Assembly (NCBI GenBank): GCA_951406725.2
Contig: OX597817.1
Span: forward strand, 21,576,001-21,640,000
Length of the DNA: 64,000 nt
Reading direction: 5' to 3'
Source of the DNA: Octopus vulgaris
Lineage: Eukaryota
The position numbers were made by a program, and so were the translations under genes. Position 1 is the first letter of the stretch. Each line of letters begins with the position of its first letter. Shown here in pieces: positions 25,946-38,947 of this stretch. The notes under the pieces are model-generated. The model was not told where the DNA came from. It did not search any database and was given only the letters and a program-made list of their open reading frames with translations.

Positions 25946-26418
25946 CATATATAAACAAATAGAATTAATCAATCATCGTAGACAGTAAAAAATTGATGAG
26001 GAAAATGATAAAGAGAAACATCAATATGTTTGTTCCAGAGTGCTTCAATTATTAAATAACCAAAAATAAAAAGAAAAAAATGTAAAATAAATTGAAACAC
26101 CTATACAAGCAGAATTGAAAAAGAAAAGAAAAAACTATAGTCAAGAGACAAAACATTTTCATTTATTCTTGAAGTCCATACTTCTTAATATCTTGATATT
26201 TTCTCTTTTATTTAAGCGTTTTATTTTGGACATTTTCCCCCACTTCGTTGTCAGTTATGACATATTGCTTAAAGAGGTCACTAAAATCACAGCATTAAAA
26301 GAAATAAAAGAACTCCTTAGTTATGAAGTGTCTTGGCCTTGTTACTTCAGTACATTTTGCTACATTATTTATTTTTATTCGATGGATATATGCAGATAAT
26401 CGTCTATTACTATCCGAC

Positions 26419-26433
26419 TTATTATTATTATTA

Positions 26434-26495
<62 letters not shown>
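26419..26495. repeat. (TTA)n microsatellite at the 3' end of the Dong-like LINE
   Basis: Direct reading. Confidence 0.95.
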
Positions 26496-28187
26496 TTTTT
26501 TTTTATTCCCTTTGCACAGTTTCGAATGCTGCAGATGTACTACGGTGTCGGTTGTTCACTACTAGTGAACTAATGTAACACTTCTTCTTTTCGAGCACCT
26601 ACCGGAGTATTCGAGCAGTTCCAAGTAATGCAATTTTCTACGAGTGCACCACCCTAATTGCAGCCCCTATTTGTTCCATATACTTCTCAAGATTTTTACT
26701 CACTGTTCCCAAGGCTCAAACAATTATTGATACTACTACCATCTTTTTCATTGACCACCAATGCTTTACCGCGCAAGCTAACCTGTCATATCTATCGACT
26801 TTTCTTTCTTTCTTATCGCATACCTTGATGCCAGCTGGGCATGCTATATCTATGATCCACCATAAGTTGTTTTCTTTCTCAATTAAGATAATGTCTAGCC
26901 TCTTATTCTCCATCTCATGGTCGTACTGAATCATGAAATCCCATAGGATCTTTGCATTATCATTTTCGATGATGACATCGGGTTTGTGGTCGTACCAATT
27001 TTTTTCTCTGTCAAGTCCATACTTATTGCAAAGTGTCCAATGGACAATCCTTGGTATATTCTCGTGGGATCTCTTATATTCCTTCTGGACTAGTAGAGTA
27101 CATTGGCTAGTAGTATGCCATACGGTTTCACCATTTTGTCTACAAATTCTACACGGAACACTTTCTGAAGTGTTGTCTACTCTGTATTTTACGTAGTCTG
27201 TGCTTAGTGCTTGCTCTTGGGCAGCAGAGATTAGAGCCTCCGTTTCGGTTTTAAATCATCCACTGCCATCGTTTTACTCTGTCTATCTTATCGTCAACAT
27301 CCCTATGAAATTGACCATGTATTCTTTTCTTTACCCATCTATTTTCAGTTTTAATCATTTTCAATTGCTTGTACAGTGCTTTATCTTTGCAATCTTTCAT
27401 CCTACACAAGCCTGACATTATTACTTCTAATAATAATGGTTCTGTTACATTTTTCATACCATGCTATGTTATTTTATTCAACTCCAATGCTGTGTTCACA
27501 TCCAAGAAATCCTCTAACACCTCTTTTTCTTGGTACATATAGACTGTCTGAGTCACTTTTTGGGTGGAGTGCCCCATATCTACTTAATTTAAAATTAAGG
27601 ATCAGTCTCAGTCTGCGCATGTACTCTACCTTAACATTTTCTATCATTTCGTTCTCCATCAATTTGTCCATTTCCAAAATCCCCAAGTACGTATAGACCG
27701 TCTCTCCTATCTGCTTCATAACCACCCCCGACGGTATCGATAACCCGTCCATACATTTGATTTTGCCTCTCTTCAAAACTAACACCCCGCACTTTCTCAG
27801 TCCAAACCCCATTCTGATATCAGTACGGAAAGTATACACCGTATCAACGAGGGAACTGACTCGGGCTTCATCTTACCATAAAGATTGAGATCATCCATGA
27901 ATAACAAATGGTTGACTTTTTGTTGGCGGCTTTTGTATGCATACCCAGCCTTTTCTTTCCTCAGAATCAGTGTTAGTGCTATCAAGCACAGTACAAAGGT
28001 CAGTGAGGACAGCCAGTCCCCTTGGAAGCTACCCTTTTTTTATTCTTCTGTCCCTGAACTTCTTCCGTATGCTGTTAGGTCCGTCCGCCATTTTACCATA
28101 CTATTTCCAAGCAATCACTCAACATTCGATGCAATACCAAATAGGTTCATATATTCCAGTACCCAATAGCGTGGGATCAGGTCTATT
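26494..28187 (-). mobile_element. R4/Dong-type (RLE) non-LTR retrotransposon, 5'-truncated copy A: RT C-half, CCHC, restriction-like endonuclease, 3' UTR
   Basis: DLIPRYWVLEYMNLFGI; GSFQGDWLSSLTFVLCLIALTLIL..KVNHLLFMDDLNLYGK; GFGLRKC; YTYLGILE; HPKSDSDSLYVPRKRGVRG; HGQFHR; RLDIILIEKENNLWWIIDIACP..KERKVDRYDRL; LLGTARILR. Ends in an A-tract followed by (TAA)n. Confidence 0.92.
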
Positions 28188-29960
28188 CCACCTATTTTAC
28201 TTTGGGAGATAAATCCTGTCTCCATCTGATTTTGAATTGAACCTTGTAAATATTGTACGAACCTTCCCATCAAATTCTGCATGTCAGTAAGATTCCACTT
28301 AATGATACTGAAGCTATGTGTGGTTGTTGGTACGGTCAAAGATCTGATCACACTAATTCTGTGAGCAGCATTTAATTCTGAGTTTAGGACCATTCTTACC
28401 CTGTGGATTTTCTCTTTTATTTTAGAATGCTGATACCATCACATTCATTGGTACACATATATCTGTATACTTCGGTTTGGACTAGGTTTCATATAGCAGT
28501 GGTAGTATCAAGTTCTATGTTTTCTGCCTTTATGAACTTCCCTGCTTTTAAAGTAGGCTTTGCACATGTATCAAGTCCGAATTCCATACCTATATCAGCG
28601 ATGAATTCTTTGACAATATTCGAGAGCTCTTCTAATTCTTTGTCGTTTTTGTCAAACAGATTTAGATCATCAATATAGAGTAAACCCTCTCTTAGTATTA
28701 TTCAGTTACGTGGATAATGGGAACAAAGCGAGGCAGACTACGATAATACTGAGTCACCTTGAAAGATACCACAGGCTATATTGATGTCTAGGGAGGTGGT
28801 ATCTCCTTTTATATGACTTAAAATGAGAATGGTTTTCCACGAATACTTGATTACTTTTTTAAAAGTTCACAATTGTTTGAACTATTTTGTAAATTTCCAT
28901 GGTCTTGATGATCCATGCATTAGGGAGACTGTTAAAAACCTTATTGTAATCTATCCAAGCGGTGCTAAGGTTTCTGCGTTTTTTTTAATGAACATTTTGT
29001 CCTTACATTCATATGAACATCTTTCTACATCACTTTTCTTCCACTGGGAATAACGTCCTAGTGTTCAAGAATTCATATGCTCTATTCGCTATTATAAATG
29101 TTAATAGTTGATATATGGTAGTGAGGTTTGTTATGGATCGGTATTTGGCGGTGGGCTAGTAGTTGCTTCTGTTTTTGGTAAGATATGTGCCATCCCTTCT
29201 CTAAGCCACTTCGGAGTTTTCGTAGGGTTGGACATGACTTAATTGAGTGATATGGCTAAGATGTGGTAGGTACTCATTAAAGAGTTTACCAAAAAATTTC
29301 GAATCTTATCTATATCTGAGGATTTCCATTTCTTTGACTTGGCGAGCGCCGCTTCCACTTCTTCAGTTGTTATATCCTGTCATTCTTGATATTCGAGTTG
29401 GGCTTTGGCCTTTTCTATGTCCCTGAGCCAATGTGCATTCTAATTAAACTCCTTTGGATATCTCCAATTGTTTTTCCCAATATCTTCAGTTCGATGCTGA
29501 AGAGGAGTTATTAACACAGTAATGGTATTTTTTCCTAGTTCACTGTAGAAGTTTTTTTGTGTTTTCCTTGAATAGTCTGTTCTGTTTATGGGATGCTGAA
29601 AGTTTTTTTTGTATCTTGCCAGTCGTTAGGTTTTTAATTGAATTTTTTATTTGTAGATTCCAAGCTGTTTATCTTTTGTTGTCTTGTAAAGGTCATGTTC
29701 AGGTGTGGATGTACTTGATTATGCAACAGTTTCTAGTTGTGTTTCCTCAGGCGATATGTAAATATTGTCTCCGTAAATTCAAATACTCGGCTTCAAGAAC
29801 GTCATCTGTCTGTCGTGGCCTGCATTTCGTAATAGTCACTGAGTTTATCAAAGTGTGATCTTGGTGAAGAACCGTTAGCAAATAGCTTTGAATGTGTAGA
29901 TGTAGTGGGATGGTGATTCTGCTACTGTTAAAGGGGTCGTTTTAAAGGGACTTGCATTTG
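28188..29960 (-). mobile_element. Second R4/Dong-type LINE fragment (copy B, RT domain), different family
   Basis: TPKWLREGMAHILPK; KYRSITNLTTIYQLLT; INIACGIFQGDS; LLYIDDLNLFDKNDKELEELSNIVKEFIADIGMEFGLDTCAK; LNSELNAAHRISVIRSLTVP..SFSIIKWNLTD. Many stops and frameshifts. Confidence 0.88.
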
Positions 29961-30859
29961 ATTCCTTAGTACTGTTAATTTATTCTTCATGTCCACACAC
30001 GTACTAACGCTCGGACACCTATACACACGCGCATACACACACGCACACACATGCACACACATATGTTTATTTATTTTCCAGAATTGAAGCTATGGGAAGA
30101 AAGGCAGTTTTCACAAAATCAATTTATAAGAATGACCTATCACGTTAATTAGCGATAACTTAAAAACAAATATTTAATCTTTAAGATAATACTATTATTC
30201 TCTAAAGTTATATTCAACTTGCATCGAGTGAACTTGAGATTTCTGATCTACTTGATCTTGATTTAGACATTTTCAAATCTATTTAAATATAAGTATATGT
30301 CTATTAGAATATGATTCTAAACTAAATGTGAAATTATAATTCAACTTTATATATATTCATTTTTACGATATTACGATTAATATTTCATAGATACACATAA
30401 TTATATTTACGTATATATAACTACGTTACATATGTATAGGAATGTGTATTCATTTGTCTGATATTAAGCGTGTCTAATATTATATATGTAAGTTGTGTTT
30501 TGTTAGTAATTGCCCTCTTGTTGAATATCTTAGCGAGTGGTTTATTATTTCAAGAGTATCAATTCCATTCAGCATTGTTGATGAAGCGTACTATTCGCTG
30601 CAGGAAAGTTTTAACAGAAAATACATTAAACCGCCTTAATCTAGGATATGTAACACCTTCCTTTAGATTGTTACTCCCATCATAGTCTCTACAAGCGGAT
30701 ATTATTTATTTGGAAACATTGGTAATTAATTGGCAAATTCTTGAAATCTAGCAATCAAAGTAAAGAATTTGTATGCTCAGGCTATATTTCTTGCTGAAAT
30801 AAATGGGAATACTTCTTTCTGCACTTTACTTTTATGTTTCATTTTTCTCCAGTGTAACC

Positions 30860-31091
30860 TATTTCTTTATTACCCACAAGGGGCTAAAGACAGAGGGGAC
30901 AAACAAGGACAGATATAGGTATTAAGTCGATTCCATCGACCCCAGTGCGTAACTGGTACTTAATTTATCGACCCCGAAAGGATGAAAGGCAAAGTCGACC
31001 TCGGCGGAATTTGAACTCAGAACGTAACGACAGACGAAATACGGCTACGCATTTCGCCTGGCGTGCTAACGTTTCTGCCAGCTCGCCGCCT
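30860..31091 (-). mobile_element. SINE family A (subfamily with ..tgtttgtcccctctg..cccttgtgggtaataaagaaata tail), young full-length copy with TSD
   Basis: Intact head aggcggcgagctggcagaaacgttagcacgcc and B-box gagttcaaattcc. 8-bp TSD gtgtaacc at 30852-30859 and 31092-31099. Confidence 0.92.
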
Positions 31092-33989
31092 GTGTAACCG
31101 GTGATGCTTGTCCATATTATTAAGCCAGTTATGAAATGTATTCAATCTATCATCATTTCGTATTTCTTTTCTGTATTGTGTGTGACAGACTATTTAATCA
31201 TTTTACAATTTGAAAATGGCCAAGTCCACATATTGTTGGTGACTCTAAATGTGTAGATTTAAGCAGATGTAAAAACACTAACCATGGTGTAGTGGTTAGT
31301 TGATTGGCCTCAGAGTAACAGCATCCTGCTTTTCAATCCTGGTGAGTGTTCATTATTTATTCCCCCTCAGAACACTTTTCCCCATTCTACTTGACACAAA
31401 ATGTATATACACCGAGTGCTGGTAAACTTCTCTCTTCCATCACCAACTGTCATATCTTCGATGTTACGTTGGGGTGAGAATAAGTGCACCGAGAGTAGAA
31501 CTGTTTCTATACGTCACTACGTAGACGTTTAAAATAAATAGCGAGAGTTGCACAATCTTTTACTTCACACTCGCATACGAGTGACGGCTAAAATTCTGAC
31601 ATATCAATTAGATGTACTCTTTCTTTTAGTGGGTGAGAGTGCATCTATACGTGGACGCTTGCACATGCGAATACATATAAATATCTCATGTATGTGTGTG
31701 GTGGGGTAGGTGTGCGTGTGTGTTTCTGTGTGTATGTGTGTATGTGCATTCACCTTATCTTATACTGAGTTATTTTAGCAATGGTGTCGTGAGTGCAGTT
31801 ACCGAACTGCCGAATGATTCGTTAGCTGTATGTCCTTCGGTGAGTGTGACTAGGGAATATCTGTGAAATTTGATTCATATATCATCGGACATCTTTCGAG
31901 ATGATTCTGTTCATCCGTCGCTGCAATATATATCATTCGATTTTATGTTTTCATACGCGCATAGTTATATATTTATGTATTTGTATGACTAAGTGTATGC
32001 ATTAAATTTCAAAAAGAACTCAGATTGCAATTTTAAAGCACTATTAATACTTGTTCGTTTATCCATCCAGATAACTAACATAAAGTTGGATATTTTATTT
32101 TATGGTGATCAATATTTCACCGATTTATTTTCAAATTCTGCAGATCTTAAATTGCATCTCACCAATAATCACTTAAATGTTTAAATTTCATAAAGTATTT
32201 CAATTGGCTCAATGACTTCAATCTAACAGATTTGTCTATTAAACAACGTCTGAATCTGTAACAAATTCATGACTAGTAGCCAGTCATATGAGCTGGAGAC
32301 CACGTCACTTAACCTTTCGTAGATTAATTCTACTAACTGAAAGAACATATCATTTGTCATGAAGAAAGCAGCCCAATGTGCCATGTGTTGCTTTGAGGTC
32401 ATCATCGTTAATTTAGGACAGTGTTTTATATAACAGGACATAAATTTTCCCCCCAAGTGGAAACAATTACTCCGTCTTCATATAGACGAGACATTTAATT
32501 TTCCTGACAATAACCTCATGTTCGATTGATCGAAAATGTTTACGTGTTTTAATGAACAAATAACATTCAGAATTTTGAGAGTACAAAAGAATATTATTGA
32601 AGAAGAGAGGAGGGGAAACAGTTATAACACAGAAGACATCTTATTGTGAGTGTAAATAGGGGAAATCAAAGACATGTTTACACCAACGACGGTAAAGCTG
32701 GAAAAATAAACAAGAAGGAATTAGAAAGAATTATGGGTATTAAAATAATCGAATGTCCTTAATTTAAGGACATTAAATTTCCTAGTACGCAGATTGTTGA
32801 AGTGAAGGCATCCTTACAGAAGATATCTCAGTAAAAGTGTACATAGCAACAAGGAAAAGATATTTTTTTATATTGTACTCGATCAATAAAAATGCTTTAT
32901 TAATATGTCAGTCATATATGTTGAAATTATTTAATATGTCATTCACTCCCGATACCAATATCGTTCTGTATGTAGAAGTCATAATTCGAGAAGCCACTTG
33001 TCATATGTAGGTATTCGTCGCCAGATTTTGTTTTCTTTTGTGGCTTCAGAAATCCATTGTATCAGATAAATAGTGGAGCGTCATGGAACATACGATAATG
33101 TTATTCCAAAGCAAAAGAGTGGCTACACACACGTGAGCGCATATTCTGTATATTTATATGAAAAATGGAACATAAAGCACAACGTGCAAACATACGGATC
33201 TATAACTTGAAATGCTCAGCAGTGAAATATTGCTGAAAATTCATTGAATCACATCCTTCTCCACGGCGTTGCACAAATAGGAAGTAGTAGCAGATACACT
33301 CTATTCCAGCAATACATCGGCTTGAAAAGAAAAGCTATATTAGATAGTTTTTACTAGATTGTCTCAGAAGAAGAGGGCATGGTTATTGCAAGAGAAACAA
33401 TTCTTGTGGACTAGCTTAATCAGAGCTGACATAGACCTAAATACAAAAGCAACAATTTATATATGATATTGCATGATGTAGCTTCGAATGATTATTCTCA
33501 TGAAAAGACAGTATTGTCAAGGCTGTACAGAAACATCTGTTGTGCACTTTTCATGTAAAGGAAAGATAATGAATGCCAGATGCAATATATCGACAAATGC
33601 AACAAGAATAAACAGCAAAAAGTCTAAAACTGGCACACCGCCACACCATTGTTTTTTTTTCAGAAATAGTATAGTGGATTACATTAAATGTGTTGCTTCA
33701 CTGGTAATTTATTTTATTGACCTTTGAGTGATGTGAAGCAAAGTTGTCTTGGTCTGACGTGAATTGAGACCAAAAGCTTAGATAAATATCGCAAGGCATC
33801 TTACCGGCAGATTTAACCATTTTCGGAATTTTTAACACTGTTTTATAACATAGGCGTAAAGAAGAAGTTTAATATGCTCTATTTTCTTATCCAGCACCTG
33901 ACTACTCCTAGGTTTATTAACCCTGTGAGGATGCACATTGTAGTCGATCGCGTACACACCATTAGATAACTGATAATATATATATTTTA

Positions 33990-34396
33990 ATTCATTATTG
34001 CCCACAAGAGGCTAAACATAGAGGGGACAAACTAGGACAGACAGAGAAATTAAGTCGACAGTATCGACCACAGTGCGTAACTGGTACTTAATTTATCGAC
34101 CCCGAAAAGATGAAAGGAAAAGTCGACCTCGGCGGAATTTGAACTCAGAACGTAGCGGCAGACGAAATACCTATTTCTTTAATAACCACAAGGGGCTAAA
34201 CACAGAGAGGACAAACAAAGACAGACAGACGGATTGAGTCGATTATATCGACCCCAGTGCGTAACTGGTACTTATTTAATCGATCCCGAAAGGATGAGAA
34301 GCAAAGTCGACCTTGGCGGAATTTGAACTCAGAAAGTAGCGGCAAACGAAATACCGCTAAGAATTTCGCCCGGCGTGCTAACGTTACTGCCAGCTC
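33990..34396 (-). mobile_element. Head-to-tail dimer of SINE family A
   Basis: Near-full copy 34396-34172 joined directly to a 5'-truncated copy 34171-33990. Confidence 0.88.
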
Positions 34397-35453
34397 AATA
34401 TTGAACACAATGAGTAACGGAACGTATCAATAGAGAGTATCCCACCGATCCGTTATAGGAACCTGAAAATCTGTATGAGTTTTAGTAGATAATATAGCGG
34501 TGAGCATGAGATAATATACATTGTTCTTACGTGTATGAACATGACAATAGCAAAACAAATTCATTTTGTTTAGCAGCTACATCATTAGAATATTTAATTC
34601 ATGTCAATTCTATTTTAGGGCTGTATATCTAAATGCAACTGCTTTACATTTCACACCGTAGGGAAATGCCTATAGTAAGAGAAATAAATATATATTCATA
34701 GTATGTAAATCTAATTTTTGATGACGACGAACAAATACGAGGTGGTTTGTAAGTTATTTCCATAAGTAGATATAAACATAGATCCGTATAGTTTTTCTGA
34801 AAATAAGGAGCTAATGCATTGTTCAGTTATATTGTTATAAGCAAAAAAGAGCTGAGAGGTTTATGTAATTTCTGAAGTTCCTTGTGTGTGTATATATGTT
34901 ATACAAGTTTTCTAATATTTGCAAGTATACAGCAAACTGAAACTTTATATATAAGATAAGGGAAAACATAAGATGACGAAGATTAAAGTTTCAACATTCC
35001 ATTGATTCATCTCATTTTCCGTAACGACTTCAATGAATATTATGATATGCTGTAGCGAAGAAGCAATATATCTTGCGCGATCCAAGTATGGTGAGTTTGT
35101 ATCATACTCAATCAAGAAAAGTAATGCCGCAAGGAAATGTTTATAATATCTGTAAATGTATAATCCTCAGTGAAATTAATATACTTCAAAGTGACATTGA
35201 CAAAATATCAATGAATAATGAAATATGTTCAATAGATTGAATGAAACTTCTTAACTTGGAGTGTTTCCGTGAACGTAATTAAATAAAGTGAAATTGTTCA
35301 AAAAGCAAATAATTCAGATGAAGGCGGAGACACTAATAAAGTGATATTGTAGTATCCAATACAAAATGTTTATGATACTTGGAAGGCAATTGAGAGAAAA
35401 GACAAATTGTGAGAGCAATTTTGAAGATAACGGGCACTAGTTAATCTAAAACA

Positions 35454-35508
<55 letters not shown>

Positions 35509-35509
35509 G

Positions 35510-35564
<55 letters not shown>

Positions 35565-36629
35565 CATTTTGTTTTATTCTTTATTCTATTGTAAAGTGTA
35601 ACACAGCTCCGGAAAGAAAACACACCGTTGTCTATGTTTTACAGAATTAATCAATATTTATCAGTATTCTGAGTTCAAATCTCGATGGGGTTACATTTAA
35701 AAATGTTGACAGAATGATACATACGAACAATCTAGTTAATGGATTCTGTTCATTATCAGCATATTTTCGTATGACACTACATAAGTAGTCAAAATGTAAT
35801 TCTTAAACAGAGCAATCAAACAAGAGAGAATTATGGCCGGGGGCTAAATCTATTAAAATATTTAATGGCATATCTTCTACCAAATTTGACATGCGGCTGT
35901 AGATTGGCATTGTCATATATCACAAGACAGTTTAAACATGAGTATATAGTGGTCTCCAATTAAATTTGACATATTTTCCCCTCTGAGATTATTTAGCCAA
36001 CTAACTAATGTAAATATCTATATATACACCCCGATATCTCTATTGTTATGAATATCTACATGATTCTGTCTCCGAAACTGTTTTCAACATGATTTAGTAA
36101 TTATAATTTGAAAGTATCTAAGTATATGAAGATGTCGTGAACACAGCCCATTATTTCTATATTACTTGTCAGCATTACTGGTTTCAATCTATTAATCTGA
36201 AATATATTTAATATAGAATAATATTTCATAATAACTGTATAATTAAAATGCATAGAGGTTACTCAAAATTTTGGTTCAAGAATTCATAGTGAATCCATGA
36301 CAACCCGTTAGGTTTAAAACATTTCGTTTCAATAAAATTTATTTCTTATTTATGCACATTTTATTTGTTCAATTGTTTTTGATGTCTTCTTCATCTATGT
36401 GAATATCATTTCACCTCATAAATATTTCGAACTCTTCCTATCATTAGTATTCTATGTAGTAAAAATTCTATATAAGCATGTCTCTCTCTCTCTATATATA
36501 TATATACATATGAGAATATTTGCATAACTGCACAGAGACACTCACATACAAACTCATATCGTGTAGGAATATATATTGTAAGCATCCATACACTCATACA
36601 TACATACATATATATATATATATGTATAT

Positions 36630-36681
<52 letters not shown>

Positions 36682-37044
36682 TTATAAATAGAGGGAGAGA
36701 GACAGAAAGAAAGAAACAGAGAGAGGGACTATGTATATACGTATGTACAACTGCAAAAATATTTCGAAGCAAGACCTTTTAAAGAATATATGATGTATAT
36801 ATCGTCACATGATGGCTTATAAAGATGAAATCATGAAATAGTAAAAAATCCATCTAGCTAAATAATGATGGAATGAAATAAAATTCCTCTTCTTCTTCTT
36901 CTTCTTATCATTATTATTAAAATTATTATTATTAATATTAGTAGTAGAAGTAGTAGCAATAATAGTAGTAGTTCACTCAAATATACTTGCCTGCCTATTC
37001 ATGTTTATACATGTGTGTATGCATATATATAATATATACATATA

Positions 37045-37108
<64 letters not shown>

Positions 37109-37109
<1 letters not shown>

Positions 37110-37947
37110 TTTGATACTTTCATAGGTTTCGGCCATTATTGGCCCAGGCCATGTCTAACTTAATAGCACCACCTGGTGAAGTCTTTCAAGTCAGAATTTG
37201 GGCACTATGGCCCACTCAAGTAGAGAGTTATTGTTTACAGAGACGTATCCGGGTGTAGGGGGTTTATCCGAGATTTCTTGAAGGAATCTGTCCAAAGACT
37301 TCTTGAAACCTATAGAGTCTGTTTCTGTTTTAATGTGTTTTGCTGTAATGTTAAAGAGAGCGGCGCCAATTGAGGTGAAATAATTGTGCCGTATTGTTGT
37401 TATGAGATGAGAGTGCGATTTTTGTTGTGGGCGGATGGCACGGGGCACAAGTCTTGGATGTACATTAAAGGTGATGCCAACATCATTTGGGCAATGCTAA
37501 TGGAATATTTTCCACATCATGCAGATGACGTAGCGCTCACGGCGACGTTGGAGAGAGTAAAGTTTTAGCTTTTCTAATCGATCCCCAATAGTCGAGGCAT
37601 ATCATGCCATCTATCTTTTTTGTGATTGCCCTTTGAGGTGCTTCAACTTTTATGATACTTTGTTTTGTGTGGGGAGACCACAGTGGACAACAATATTCAA
37701 GGTGGGGTCGGGAAAAAGTGGAGAAGAGAAGGATAATGGTGTGGATAACTCTCGACTTGAAAGTTCTGAGAATCCAGGAACACATTGTGCGGGCCATGTC
37801 AACTTTGGTATTTATATGAGTGGCCCAGCTTATGTTGTTGTCCACAATTACTCCCAAGTCTCTGATGCTGTTGGATGCCACGAAAGTTTCACCTAAAGAA
37901 AGGGAGTATGGGAGTTTCAGGGCATCCTCTTTTCCAAAGTGAATTAA
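37109..37947 (-). mobile_element. CR1/L2-group LINE, 5'-truncated 3' fragment of ORF2
   Basis: [50 protein letters not shown], frameshift to KLKLYSLQRRRERY, then GAALFN..FKKSLDRFL..DKP..PGY..NNSL, stop at 37191-37193. Flanked by (TA)n on both sides. Confidence 0.9.
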
Positions 37948-37997
37948 CTATGTATATATATTTATGTATATATATATATATAGATGCATATACATAC

Positions 37998-38110
<113 letters not shown>

Positions 38111-38147
38111 TAGATAGATGCAAATACATATATATATATATATATAT

Positions 38148-38332
38148 AAGGCGGCGAGCTGGCAGAAACGTTATGTTCTGAGTCTAAATTCCGCCGAGGT
38201 CGACTTTGCCTTTAATCCTCTCGGGGTCGATAAATAAAGTACCAGTTTCGCACTGGGTCGTTGTAATCGACTTAATCCGTTTGTCCGTCCTTGTTTGTCC
38301 CCTCTATGTTTAGCTCCTTGTGGGTAGTAAAG

Positions 38333-38336
<4 letters not shown>
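38148..38336 (+). mobile_element. SINE family A with internal deletion in the tRNA-like head
   Basis: aaggcggcgagctggcagaaacgtta|tgttctgag..gaggtcgactttgcc..gctccttgtgggtagtaaagaaata. Confidence 0.88.
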
Positions 38337-38387
<51 letters not shown>

Positions 38388-38404
38388 TACATATACATAT
38401 ACAC

Positions 38405-38435
<31 letters not shown>

Positions 38436-38508
38436 CACATATATATATACATATACATATATATATATACATATACATATACATTTACATTTATATATAT
38501 ATGTATAT

Positions 38509-38553
<45 letters not shown>

Positions 38554-38908
38554 CATATATATATATATGTATATATATGTATGTATGTATGTATGTATAT
38601 ATGGACAATTCTTCAATAAAGTTTGCTTGTTTGCAGACGACGAATTGGTGAATTTACTGTAGTATTGATTTCTAAATTAACTGAAAAAATACACGTACGA
38701 CACGCACAGGCATACACACGCGCACACATCCGCACACATTCATGTACTCACAGATATATATATCCCATTGAACTTGTATAGGGATGATTTCGTTGACTTA
38801 TAAACTTTAAGGTAAATATTTTATACTTTCATTTACTTTCATGTAATGTTTGTGTATGTCAGTGTTTGTGTGTGCGCATTTGTATGTGTGTGTATGAGTT
38901 ATATATAA

Positions 38909-38947
<39 letters not shown>

